From Antedon mediterranea (Eukaryota; Animalia; Echinodermata), in NCBI RefSeq assembly GCF_964355755.1, contig NC_092677.1, positions 23,237,175-23,301,174 of the forward strand: a stretch of 64,000 bases of DNA, written 5' to 3'. Shown one piece after another: positions 41,501-52,093 of the stretch. Each line of letters starts with the position of its first letter. The first letter of the stretch is position 1. The notes beneath the pieces were generated by a model. It saw only the letters and a list, made by a program, of their open reading frames with translations, searched no databases and was not told where the DNA came from. A program made the position numbers and the translations under genes.

Positions 41501-44500
41501 TTTGATTTATATGTACAATGCGTGAAAATCAATACGCATTACAAGTGTACTACACAGCTGTCCTACTTTTTGCTACAATTCATCAGCATACACTTTTTAC
41601 TTTTATGAAGTTAGTTTACCTCAGAGAACTATATGCATGCATTACATTATACAGTTGTTGTTTTCAGCAATAAACATAAAATATATTGTAGAACACAAAT
41701 ATTTATGGGACATACTTTAAACATTACCAACAGGGTTTTGAAACAGCATTAGGCAATGCGTCCTTGGAACGATTTTATTACAAAGACATATGAATGTAAT
41801 GCAGTGTATGTAATCATATCACCATCTTTCCACTCAATTTCATAATATCTTCCATGTTCTGTGGTTGATTTATGCACTTTGAAACAAGTTCTGACCAATC
41901 ACAAATTAGATTCTTCATTGACAATATAAATCAACAGGAGGAAATGAATTGAAACATGGGTCAGATGACTTGGTTGGTTGTAACCCCTGGTAACCCCAGG
42001 CATTCTTACCAGACAGGTTACCTCAAAGGTGAAAATTTACTTTCTTTTTAATCAAATGCAACTCCCCAAGTTTAGTGTTTACAGAATTTTGGCACCAGCC
42101 AGAGCACACGACTATTAGTTTTTCTCGTAAATCTTGACAACACTGAATACTGCCAAGCAAACAGCATTAACTATTCTATCTATACTAGAAAAGTTTGGTA
42201 AGAAATGTTTAAAGTGCTGTTTGCAATGATATAATTATAACCACAAAACAACCTATTAATGTCAATTCAAATTATTTAAAATGGTCTATCATTTTAACTA
42301 AATACAACTGCACATGTCCTGAACTTGTTTCTGCAAGTTGAAAAAGCCACAATAACGTAGTTTTTATCAGAAAAGTGTTCCATGTAATTCTGTAATTAGG
42401 CTACGAAATTAATTATTTGATTATCATATGAATCAAAGATCAGAAAATAAATTAAAATGCCATTTGTTGATGCATGATATAAATACCAGATTTGATTACA
42501 TTTGTAACATTGACAATTACCTTTAATTAATTTGTAATTTAACATTGTTGTCCAGTTTTTTTCTTAACATGTCATCATTTTTTATGCTATTGTTTTTTAA
42601 ATGAAATATATTTATTTGTATAAATTAATAAAGAGGATTTCTGCAGTACACTGTAGTTTTTGTGCAATGATTATTTTCATTATTTCATTCAGTTTCAGTG
42701 CTGATATTTTTGTTTCAGTCTGAATAAATGGACCAAGAGTCTCACAGAATGGCAATCAAGAAATGTTAAATAAAGTAGAGAAAGACAAAGGAGGAGAGGA
42801 AGACAAAAGAGAAGAGGTGAAATAAGCAAATCAAGAATAGCATATGACAGAAGAAAATGGAGAAGAGGGTTTCACCTAACAATGGATGAACAGCCTGATG
42901 AGGATGATGAAATAAATTAGAGAAAATCAATTTTTGGAATGTTTTTTTTTATCAAAAGAAAGAATAATAAGACATTTTGGGATTTCTGGTTCAGTTTAAG
43001 ACTTTGTTTTCTGGGCACTCCTTTTTCGGAGATTTCACTGGATGCTTTTGTTGATGGCTAATAATGAACACAGGATATAAAACACATATTTGATATGCTT
43101 AAATGTAACAATACTAAAAATCACTTTATCTCAGTCTGACATTGTAATTTCCGATACTTGATATATTAGAAATTTGGATAACCTCATATGGATATAATTA
43201 CACTGTACTTCAGTATCTTTCACATTTAACTTTCTAGTAATGAATACCATCGATAGCTATAAGGAATTAACCTCCTGCTTGAATAATCCATCAGTATCTA
43301 CCAGTAATAAATGATCACATAAAGAAAAGTGGAACAGATGATAAGAAATATATGCAGATTACAACAAGTCAAATCTTCTTTTTTAAATTACAACAAATAA
43401 GTATTTCTCTTCAGGCCTGGCTGGCAAAGTAATTAAACTGAGTATTTTCCCAAAGCACAATAACCATTTATATCTGTCTTTCCTTCATTTACATAACAGT
43501 TTTCTTTTCTCCTGGGGGAATTCTTTATATTTTTTGCTTTTTGCTAGACAGACCTATTTTATTCATTACAATACCAGTGCAATATGTTGATACAAGCTGG
43601 TACTTATTGTTACTTTATATATTAAAAGTATTTGTGAATTAGTGTGAAAAGTATTGCCTACAAACTTAAATCTTTGGCTTTTGCACCTTGATATGAAATA
43701 AATCAGAAAGCTGACCAACAAACAACTTGTATTAATCAATGTACACACACAGTAAAGTGTTATATTGCCCAAAGCAATTGGTTTGGTTATGAGAGTTTTA
43801 TCTGGATAATAATCTTCTGACAATAGCTTGTTGATAATCCTAACATAACATGTTGTTCAGACTCTAAAGAATTTACCAATAATTTAGTCAATTTGTTTTA
43901 TATAAAATTCACCGTTTTCCATCAGTGTTTAGTGTATACATTTTAATATAAATCCAAAGGCAAATTACTGAAAAAAATGACAATGCTGTGGGTATCAGTG
44001 GCTGGATCTCAATGGAGATACAAAAATAAAAAGCGAAAAGCTAAATCAAAACGATAAAGTAAACAGCCAGAAAAGTTAGCAGAGCTTTCGGGCAACACTA
44101 GCCCTTCATCAGTGCAAGTGAAGGAATTTGGATAACGTCATAGTATAAAGCTGGCAAGTGCTGCCTGGGTTGACAGGAATATTTTAATATATATATATAT
44201 ATATTTATATGAACTTACACCTTTAAATCGGTGGCACTCAATCAATAACAATTGGTGCGTTCTTAAGTAAAAGTTAAAAATTCACAAACTAACAAATATG
44301 TAAAAAAAAAAACCATAACAATAAACATTACCTCCAACAAAATAACATTTTAAAACTTAAATTAACTGATGTTCAGTAATACAGATCTTAATCTAATATA
44401 AAGATTGAACATGTTCAGTAATACAGATCTTAATCTAATATAAAGATTGAACATGTTTAATTTCTGATCTTTTTTTCCAAGCTCTCTTGGCATAAAGTTT

Positions 44501-44738
44501 ACCAAATCTATCAAAAATCTGCTCTACTTCATAATAAATCGTATCACTTTATTACAATTATTACAGTATTTTCTATATAATATATGCAAAAGAAATATTT
44601 TACTGTTTAATAAACACCAATATTTCTAAATATAAAATTATCTTAAATTAAAATAAAAGAAGTGAAACTTACCCCTAATTTTCGGCTTTTTAACCTGACA
44701 TAGCCCTCCTTGACAGTATCTACGAATTCAGTTGTCAT
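11374..44738 (-). CDS. DOK5: Docking protein DOK4/5/6-like (PH + IRS-type PTB), 481 aa; complement join(44673..44738,30734..30956,20806..20922,20037..20226,19390..19516,18092..18233,11714..12160,11374..11507)
   Basis: MTTEFVDTVKEGYVRLKSRKLG / VWQKRWIVFKKASSAGPKRLEKF / EADSWCK...GEPDILL / ERFHVFLQP...WPLYSLRRYGKD / CHTGEGLFTF match vertebrate DOK5/6 PH and PTB domains (recalled). All junctions are GT-AG and in phase; 1446 nt. Likely co-orthologue of DOK4/5/6, closest in wording to DOK5. Confidence 0.9.
11714..12160 (-). CDS. DOK5: Dok coding exon 7 (447 nt, symmetric phase 1-1) with STEQAAKQ repeats and a YEN motif
   Basis: Acceptor TTTATTTTGTTTTGCAG, donor CAG|GTATAC; 149 open codons in phase with both neighbours; overlaps supplied ORF 11688..12080. 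Confidence 0.72.
12292..12492. mobile_element. hAT-type MITE, 201 bp
   Basis: Perfect 14-bp TIR CAGTGGCGTAACAC...GTGTTACGCCACTG; an 8-bp TSD is not preserved. Confidence 0.75.
15337..15990. mobile_element. Kolobok-like element, left-end portion
   Basis: TTAA|AGAAGTATTGTCCC is the reverse complement (one mismatch) of the GGGACAATACATCT|TTAA end at 22003; right boundary uncertain. Confidence 0.5.
16742..17051. repeat. Local direct duplication of ~87 bp (16742-16828 and 16965-17051)
   Basis: TTCATTATTACCCAAATGCCTCA...AAATTCTATATAAAAAA occurs twice with about 3 mismatches, offset 223. Confidence 0.9.
18092..18233 (-). CDS. DOK5: Dok coding exon 6, C-terminal tail
   Basis: 142 nt, phase 0-1; TTTGTTACAG acceptor, GTAAGA donor; open frame IHSNVSSEK...RRHSSSFHIPL. 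Confidence 0.78.
18490..18618 (+). mobile_element. LINE 3' UTR remnant, same family as 727-1330
   Basis: TGAGGGTC..AATGAT.AGC...TGCTGGATG..CCTCATTAAATAT.GTTCAAAT followed by (AAAAT)n. Confidence 0.6.
19390..19516 (-). CDS. DOK5: Dok coding exon 5, PTB C-terminal part
   Basis: 127 nt; NCHTGEGLFTFVTTHGHEIYQRVHRLSMALA; GTAAGA donor. Confidence 0.93.
20037..20226 (-). CDS. DOK5: Dok coding exon 4, PTB domain
   Basis: 190 nt; ERFHVFLQPSSHLSVSGECTLQVT...WPLYSLRRYGKD...ESSR; GTATGA donor. Confidence 0.95.
20806..20922 (-). CDS. DOK5: Dok coding exon 3, end of PH and linker
   Basis: 117 nt, phase 1-1; DVEADSWCKTFAMEV...GEPDILLSGLQREKN; GTAAGT donor. Confidence 0.93.
21697..22003. mobile_element. 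Kolobok-like element, right-end fragment
   Basis: Ends GGGGACAATACATCT|TTAA; homologous to 10220-10457. Confidence 0.6.
22852..22998 (+). repeat. G-rich minisatellite (GAGTGGGGG[G]ATGAA)n, about 10 copies
   Basis: Directly visible 14-15-bp unit with G5-G6 runs. Confidence 0.97.
26660..26790 (+). mobile_element. LINE 3' tail remnant
   Basis: T-rich UTR, AACAAATTTC...GACAATAAAG, then (ATCTT)n. Confidence 0.45.
27317..27900 (-). mobile_element. 5'-truncated Rex1/Babar-clade LINE (RT C-terminal region, 3' UTR and tail)
   Basis: KKLSPRMYCMRTLYKF...FYRSVICSVWTYCLSCW.GN...DASHPLH...PSGRLR...KTNRFAKSFIP is a Rex1-type C-terminus; tail AATTTCC...GGATCAATAAAAGTT(ATCTT)n. Confidence 0.88.
30734..30956 (-). 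CDS. DOK5: Dok coding exon 2, PH domain
   Basis: 223 nt, TTTTAG acceptor, GTATAA donor; KKASSAGPKRLEKF...VARLPSNVKKH...FVCDS. Confidence 0.95.
32074..32220 (+). mobile_element. Deu-domain SINE, 3' fragment
   Basis: GTAGGGGTTACCCTGGTGTACT...CTCTGGGAGACC.TCTT.GACTGAAGAGGT matches the 34210-34503 copy. Confidence 0.65.
32384..32435. repeat. Perfect inverted repeat, 25-bp arms, 2-nt spacer
   Basis: TTTCATTACTTTAAAATAGAACATT-TT-AATGTTCTATTTTAAAGTAATGAAA. Confidence 0.95.
34210..34503 (-). mobile_element. tRNA-headed Deu-domain SINE, near full length
   Basis: Minus strand begins with A-box TGGCCGAGCGG. The central TCGGATAAGGACTATAAACC..AGGTCC...TTAAAGAACC...GAGTAGGGGG resembles the AmnSINE1/SINE3 Deu domain (recalled). 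It ends in the stem-loop CTGGGAGACC/GGTTTCCCAG and a (TTCAA)n tail. Confidence 0.75.
35663..35802 (+). repeat. 45-bp tandem repeat x3, each with a B-box-like GGTTCAAATCC
   Basis: Unit GCAGTGTATTGGTTCAAATCCCATCTTTCTATGGAAAGCAGTATG. Confidence 0.92.
36861..37030. mobile_element. Degenerate Harbinger-family MITE (GGTCCTGTTTCTGCTG end)
   Basis: Shares the TIR core with 50513-51393 and 61259-62080; aligns with 48696-48905. Confidence 0.55.
37956..38016 (-). mobile_element. SINE central-domain fragment (CORE/V-like)
   Basis: Minus strand CTTAGGCAAGATGCTTATTCTCATTGCCTCATCCTTTAGATGGGATGTTGTTAAGCCGTT. Confidence 0.4.
39245..39815 (-). mobile_element. CR1/L2(Crack)-type LINE 3' fragment
   Basis: TSPIF...FLKLADIN...FKFNHEVHNYNTR...LHLPKPR...SIRYTGPMNWNKIPFQIK...FKSFLISKY* followed by a GT/T-rich UTR. 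Confidence 0.85.
40851..41085 (+). mobile_element. tRNA-derived SINE with an 18-bp TSD
   Basis: A-box TAGCCGAGTGG and B-box GGTTCAATTCC; TSD TATTACATAATTATATAC at 40833-40850 and 41086-41103. Confidence 0.9.
43951..44180 (-). mobile_element. Short Penelope-like/retrozyme-like element, copy A
   Basis: Near-identical to 55050-55208; TSD ATTTTAATATA at 43940-43950 and 44181-44191 next to (TA)n; contains a hammerhead core. Confidence 0.8.
44076..44118 (-). ncRNA. Minimal type I hammerhead ribozyme, copy A
   Basis: Minus strand GCA-CUGAUGA-A-GGGC-uaguguu-GCCC-GAAA-GCUC^-UGC: complete core, stem II, palindromic AGCU stem III, short stem I. Confidence 0.8.
44369..44457. repeat. Perfect 42-bp tandem duplication
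   Basis: ATGTTCAGTAATACAGATCTTAATCTAATATAAAGATTGAAC twice, then ATGTT. Confidence 0.95.
44673..44738 (-). CDS. DOK5: Dok coding exon 1 (MTTEFVDTVKEGYVRLKSRKLG); whole exon 44883..44673 includes 5' UTR
   Basis: 66 coding nt, donor GTAAGT. The upstream acceptor CTTTCTGTTTCTTGCAG ending at 44884 implies a non-coding exon further upstream. Confidence 0.92.
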
Positions 44739-47700
44739 TTTGTGCGATTGTAGCAATGAAATAAATAAATATGCATCCCAAATCAAAAAATCTTCTGCCA
44801 CTTGTAATCTTCAATTACATTGGTAAATGTAACACTAATGAATATAGACGCAAAATGTGACCTTGTTTTATAAACAAAAACCCCTGCAAGAAACAGAAAG
44901 AGTCAAGTTTAAGTCATACGGTTACTTAAACCTCCAGGCTCAAGAAACAGATCTGTATGACTGCTAGCAACGCTCTCAATTAGAGAAATGGCTGAGAATG
45001 TAGTACTGTATGCTATATGAGAATGACATCCACGATAGTATTATGTAACAAGCTATATTTGCTATCAACCAACCAATTCAAAAAACACTTATTTCTTCTC
45101 TTCTTCTTTTTATTTTCCTTTCATAAAACTGACAATGTTCAAATAGACTATTTATTTGCAAAACTGGGTTGATTATTACAAACATCCTGTCTTGGAAAAA
45201 AAAACTGGCAGAGCGGAAAATAATTATATAACACATAAATTATGTGACACGTTATCTTAGGAAATAATAAATGGAAAACAAGTTACATATATATAATAAT
45301 GTGCTAGGCTAGCATTTGTAAAGAAATAAACATTTAATTTCAACAATTTAAATGCATAAAAACAACAGAATATTTAATAATTATGTATACAGTGCTTGAA
45401 TGAATTCTTAAAAAATAACTAAAAATAAATAAAAATAGTACAGTCATTGTACAATATCATATTAATAATGCAAGGATTAGCCATAATACTGTAAATGGCA
45501 AAAAGAGTAATGTTAACAAATTTTAAAACCACTATTTCTATTTCCATAATGAATACCATGTTTCTTTCAAATAAGATAAAAACTTACTACTACAGTATAC
45601 TGTTGCATATACAGTATTAAATAATTGAACATATAGTAAATCAGTAGTAGCTCTATTTAATAACAGAATACAGTATGGCATGTAATTACAAGTTGATTCA
45701 TTCAAAGGATGAATGATGCGCTAATTAGCTTAACAAGACCCACATAAACAAAGTACAAACAGTAAACTATTACCTTAAAAAAAATAATCACAGGTCTACG
45801 CAACTGCTTAGTACAAACTGTATGGAGGAATGCAAGTCCACTGTGTTCACTGGGTAATTCCTCATTAAACAATGAACCAATAGAATGCATCTACAGTACA
45901 AGCAATCAGTGATCACTGGCTCACTGGCTAAGTTTATGTTGTTTGCTTTTTGTTGGAATTCCACTGCTTGCTCCAATGATTTCCAGCGTGTACGATAAAT
46001 GGAATCTCCCAACAGACAGCCTGTCTACACTCAAGCAGACCAACTTGCTTAGGCCACTTGCACGTTCCCTAGTGATTTTCCCTGTTGGCAATACTAAAGC
46101 AAGAGCTTGGGTCCCAATTCTCTTCTGTTCATGTAGATCATGAAACAATTTATTACCAGCTTAAATTTAATATATTCTTGGAATGCCCGTAACCAGATGA
46201 TAACTCAAAAAATGCTGGTTTTAATTGGTCAATTATATAACATCAATCACCAGGATTTTTTCCCTTTTATCTATCTTGTTTTACCACAATATTTTGACAG
46301 CTTGTTTAAAAATACAATTAGCAGTGTTTTGTGGTCATTATCAGTAATTCCACATTTCCTTTCCTAAAAACACAATTAATACTGATAGAGGAGAAGGTGA
46401 CACTGTCACTAGTAGGATGTCAATTTATTTACAGACAATTGTATCCATAGTGTACATGTCTGTGCCATATTGGCATCATGTAAACAAAACTATGCCTTTT
46501 TTCAATTTTACATGCCTTTTTTCTCTATCGTATAGTTAAGTGCAGTTTGTTGAATTTGTTGTTTTGCGTTCAAACACAAAAAATACACCAGATATTAACA
46601 CTTTATACAGTATATTGGAAGCAATTGTCTAATTTTGAATACATAAACATACTGTACATTGGATTTATCTCTGACACCTATCAGAGTTAGTGGTATATTA
46701 GATTTATATTGATGTTAACAACACACAGAACAGAAAAAAACACACATACATAAAAATTCAGTTATCTTTAAAGTCCGCAGAAAAATTTGAGAAACCGAGC
46801 ATGATGTTGTGCCGGTAGATGAATCTAAAATACAGGAGTTTCCCGGACAAACATGACTGTTGGCTTGTATGCAGTTAAGTGTGCATAAAAGAGAGTTTAC
46901 TCCGTGCCTGTAGCTAGTAGAATACTGTACTTTTAAAAGAATACATGGAATGTACTAGACAGACATCAAGCAGGCATTTTCAGATGATGGGTAAACTTGT
47001 AGCAGAAACAAATAACACATGTCATGTTTGGTTGCTGTATATCTGACATTCAATTTTAAAAGAATAGGAAGGGATTAATGAGACAATATAAAATATACCA
47101 TTAATATTGTATCATAATCATAACAGATGAGTCATAAATATCATAAAATTGTCCTCCAGTGCAACATAAATATCTGAATATGAAATACTCCAACCATAAA
47201 ATGAAAAATCAAGTAACAATTTCCACCATTAATCAATGTCTCGAAATACAATTTGTTATAAAAATGTAAATTATTTCAAATAAAGAAATTCATGGAAAGG
47301 TTCCTGATGGTGAAATTTCTTTCAATGTCATAGCGATGTGTCTTGGAAATCAGTGAAGCGTGAAACTGCTTCCAAAGTTTCTGATTGGCGAGACATGGTG
47401 TCTAAATAAATAAGCTTGCATCAACAATGGTCCTGTAGAATAGCCCACAATCTTATTAGCTCAGTTTACTATAATAACATTGCACAAAGAATTTAATTAT
47501 AGATATGAATTAAATTTAACAGCTGCAGGCTACTACACCAATCTTTAGAAATTACATTAATATTAATATAAGAAATCTAGTCTTAGAGAAAAATGTTTTA
47601 GTTTATAAAATCTGCTTAATGGTTGGTAAAACATTTCCAATAATTTACAGGTTAAATATTTTCAAATGCCAAATATGTTCATAGCTATGTTTATAAATGT

Positions 47701-48695
47701 GGTGACACAAGCTTTTCCGTGTAAAATGAAGTATTTATTATTATTATTAAACAAATAATGGTCCATTTATACACAGACCTCAGATAAGGCAGTTTTCCAA
47801 TATTTGAGTACATTTCTGTCTCCCTCTAATAATCTAATTTATCACCAATTGTTTCTGATATACTAAACAAACATTTTGATATTTAGTGTGACTATAAATT
47901 TACCAATTAGCTCTACTTGGCCTAACATCATTCTACAGTAAACAATGCACACTGGCAAAATAAAAATAGCTGACCCTAGATTTGTTTAAATGTTTGGGTC
48001 AGTACTTGGGCATCATAACCATTTGTTTTACAATGCACTATTCTGGAATTCAGTTGTTTGTCACAGGGACACATCATCGGCATGCAAACAGAAGGATTGA
48101 ATTTAAAATAAGTCCTAGAGGAACAATTGCATTACACCTAGAGGGTTGAGATCTTCAGCACAGGTCAATTGGTGTAAGGATCCTGTCTACATCTCAACAC
48201 ATGTAAATCAAAATCCTAGTTACTCATATGTGATTGGATCATCAAAATGTGTTGACAAGCTTGTCCTAATAGATAAATCAATGTGACAGGGGAATACAAA
48301 AATGGTATCTTATATTTTAATGCTATTTATTTTACTTCAAATATGAGAAGTGATTTGCTTTTATCATAATTAATCCGTTAGTGTTTTATTAAAAATTAGG
48401 AACTTGTTTTATCCTTTATTAAAGGTCAGTTCACACAGGATTCGTTCCATTGTAAAACAGCAATTGAAAACTTATAAAAATGATAAAAATTAATATGAAT
48501 GATTGCAAAGAATAATTATGTATTCAGCATGCTTTTAAAATACTGTCTGTACATTTTCTGACAGTAGGTTAACAGGTAATTGGAAGCAGATGTGCCACTC
48601 TAAGCCTGGTTAACTTGTCAAGTTATTTGTCAAAATTCATTTCAAATAATAATTAATATTATCAGGTCAGTCTGTAGTGGCCTAAAGTAGTACTA

Positions 48696-48905
48696 GATCC
48701 TGTTTCTGCTGCGAAAAATTACCAATTAAATAATTCCAACTTGGCAGCAAAAACGGAACAAATTTTCAATGAACTGGTTATTAAATGGCAGCATGAAAAT
48801 GGTAAAACATCCGAACAATTGGGGGTTAGAAAACTAACGGTTATTTAGATTGTTATCCACAAAATTTAATTATTTGGGAGCACAAATTCAGCAGAAATGC
48901 AGACA
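48696..48905. mobile_element. Degenerate Harbinger-family MITE
   Basis: GATCCTGTTTCTGCTGC left end, internal GGCAGCAAAAACGG, right CAGCAGAAATGCAGAC; aligns with the 36861 copy. Confidence 0.55.
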
Positions 48906-49044
48906 CTCTAAAAATGTTATTTTTAAAAAATTCTATATAAAAGTTCATAAAATGTTATCATCCGTACAATTCCCCAAAGGGCTCTAGAGTGAATTCGAAA
49001 TAGAACATAAAAAAATCGGTATAACTATAACAAATACAGAAGTA

Positions 49045-49426
49045 CAAATTACTGAAAAAATGAAATTTTGTGGGTATCAATGGAGATGCAAAACAGAATC
49101 AGCAAAAATCTAAATCAAAACAATAAATCTAGAAATATGTGCAGAGATATTGTTCATTCAATGCAGCTTGTTTTTAATTGGTGTATCTCATTATAACTTT
49201 GTTTTGTTTTGTTTTTTACTTAATTTGTGCTACTTAGTTTAGTTTTGTTATTTTTGTATTTTATAAGTAATGATGGAGTAAGCGCAGTTTTCTGTTTGGG
49301 CTCATGCCTATTACTTGCTCCTGGCAAGATGAATTGTGAAATGTACTTTAATGAACTTTTGCCGAATAAATATTATTATTAGAGCTTTCAATTCAAGTTT
49401 CAGGCAACACTAGCCCTTCATCTGTG
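49045..49426 (-). mobile_element. Decayed Penelope-like element, copy C, interrupted by a LINE 3' tail (49147-49380)
   Basis: CAAATTACTGAAAAAATGA...GTGGGTATCAATGGAGAT...GCAGAG | insert ending AATAAA(TAT)n | AGAGCTTTC...GGCAACACTAGCCCTTCATCTG; core mutated to CAGAUGA. Confidence 0.75.
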
Positions 49427-50512
49427 TATACAGTATATACCGGTATATATTCACATACTTCATTGTCATTAGACATGCGCGCTCTAATATTTTGTGCCAT
49501 TTTCAAACAGAGACCATCAGCGAAAGTGCTATAGTAATTAGGCATAAATCATGGCCATTTTTTCCAATCCTTTACCTATAGCCAGCAGACAACATAGGCC
49601 TAAATTTATTTTTTGTTCAGTTGCTTACTCTTGCCCATTATTAAGGAAAGGAGAACTCCCTGTAAAAACACTGGCTACTACAGGCTTTTATTCCTGTCAT
49701 GGGCTAGTTGTGTCCTTATAGTAAGGGTAAAAACCGGAATTTACCATTAAGGCCTATTAATGGGTTTAAATAGTAGTTAAATTATACACTAGATAGAATA
49801 AATAATTGTTAACATTTGCATTATTTCTTAATTATTTTGTAATTCTTTAATTAATAAACAATTGTGATTAAAACTAACCTTAATTCCAAGTTTAACAAAA
49901 CAAAAGCATTCTAAATCGTGAGAAAGCCTAGGTCTACATTAAATCCATCAGGTGCAGATATCCCTCACAGAAGGCTTACATTCCCAGCTGAGGAACAGGA
50001 GTCTAATGTTGAAATGAGCCCTGCAACTCCTATACACTGAATACCTTAACTCAAATTACCTCGTACAAAGGACATTGAACTATAAAAGTCACCGCACCAG
50101 TGACATTTCAATTTAAAAGCAATAAGACGTCAGGACAAGTTTACAGCCAATTGGCTTCCTTCAGTTTTCTTTATATTTTTTATTAATATAAACAAGAACT
50201 ATTCAAACAAGAAATACTTCTTTAAAAAAAATTGGATTGGAATTATATTTCAAGCAGTTAATTAAGACAGGTGTTAAAATAAATATTTAATCATCACAGA
50301 CATTCTGTAGAGTGTAAATTAATAATGAGATAATGAGTTAGGTGTCTATATGTAAATCCCAACAGGTTTCTTAAATCTTAATTTACAGATTGCAGTTGAA
50401 GTTGATATGTATTATGACCTTACATCATTTTCCTTCTAAGGTTGTGTTTACAAAATTTCAAAGCCTTCGGAACATGTTGAAAACCAGTGTACATATCCTG
50501 CAACTTTTCTTG

Positions 50513-51393
50513 GGCCCCGTTTCTGCTGCCCAAAATATACCGTATATATACGGTATATTTTATATACGGTATATTTTTTGGCAGCAGAAATGGGTCTCAT
50601 AAAAAATATACCGTATATATATGCGGTATATATACCGCATAAATATCCCCATCGTTTGTGGATATTATACGGTATATTCCAAAATATACCGTATATTTCG
50701 TACCCCGTTTCTGCTGCACTCAAAATATACCGTATATGTGACCCGGCCCATGACACGAGGTCAAAAACTAACAGAGCGTGATGCGTTTGTTTGGTTTTTC
50801 TGCTGCATTGACACACACGTGTATAATAAGCAAGCAACAAATCAAAATATCACTGTGGACTGAAGAAATAACTATTTTTGCAATTCAATTGTGGGGAGAA
50901 GCGAAGGTTGGGGTGGGGGGGGGGGGAGACTGCATGGCAACAGAAGAGATACCGAGATTTACAAAAGTATCTCAAACAAAATAAAAGCAGAATTTGTGGT
51001 AGACTTAATAACGCCAAAGTTATCGGCAAACGCCGTCGTCTTCTTTGCATAAATCTAGTCAATGCCCATTCTACATTTCTAGATTGTTTGTGTGATGTAA
51101 ATTCGTTGCCACTTCTGATCATTAGATTTAAAATAGAAAACAATGCTAAGACGTTTTGAGAAACCATCATTGTTTTGTTTTTGTCATGTAACCTCACTAC
51201 ACTAGACTCTAGGTCAATCCATACTTCCGTCTCACAAAATGCATTTTGGGTAATGAAAGCCAACTTTTTTACAGCCCACCCACGAAGTATGTGCAGCGGA
51301 AACGGTGCACGAATTTCATATACGGTATATATACGGTATATTTATACGGTATATTTATACGGTATATTTGGGATTGGCAGCAGAAACAGGGCC
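50513..51393 (+). mobile_element. Non-autonomous PIF/Harbinger element with Myb/SANT-like remnant
   Basis: TIR GGCCC(C/T)GTTTCTGCTGCC; flanks TTG/TTA; ATACCGTAT arrays; WTEEITIFAIQLWGEAKV...LHGNRRDTEIYKSISNKIK. Confidence 0.85.
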
Positions 51394-52048
51394 TTAGTCA
51401 ACTCCGGCCTCCAAAGCCCAAACAAACGTTTTGATTGATTAATTAATTACCGAGTTATCTCTCAGGACATCTATGGAACTTTCCCTTTCGCAAACGTAGC
51501 CTATGAAAGACATGTTCAAAAAAACAGTCTATGAGCCTGTTTCTGCTGTGAACAAATAACCGATAAATAATCGTGTGAATAATTGAAATAACCAATAAAT
51601 GGCTTTTCACTACTTGTCTTTACATACAGTGGAAAAAATAATATTCTATGCTACTGACAAATTCCCAAAGATAATGTATCAACATTTCAGTTCAGTTTCG
51701 GTACTATAATATTGAAAGAAATTATATGTACCATTCCACTGATAATCATTCATTATTTGTATACTATTTGCCAAAAGATAATATCACAACTTGACAACTA
51801 TTAGTTTGCCACCTATCTCTTGTAGGCCTACACAAACCAAAACTTGAGCACTGCCATATCTAGCCTCCTTCAACATTGGACAATGGAATGTCCACCTTGG
51901 TTAGAAAACTACTCACAGTTATAAAAGTTGTATTAATAATAAATAATACAAACAGTATTAATATAGTTATTGATGAACAATAATACAAAAGATGATGTCA
52001 GTGGTACAATCTTTAACAATTTATTTTTTTGATATATTTGTCATTCTT

Positions 52049-52093
52049 CTGAGTCTGAAGACGCTCTCTGATCAGGACAGCAAAATTCTCAAG
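52049..52093 (+). ncRNA. Degenerate hammerhead-like motif of a different family
   Basis: GAGU-CUGAAGA-C-GCUCUCUGAUCAGGACAGC-AAAA-UUCUCA; GAAA is replaced by AAAA and stem II is imperfect. Confidence 0.3.

Noticed and set aside
50390-50863. Overlapping Tyr/Ile-rich ORFs on both strands
   Set aside because: Artefacts of the ATACCGTAT arrays in the Harbinger end.
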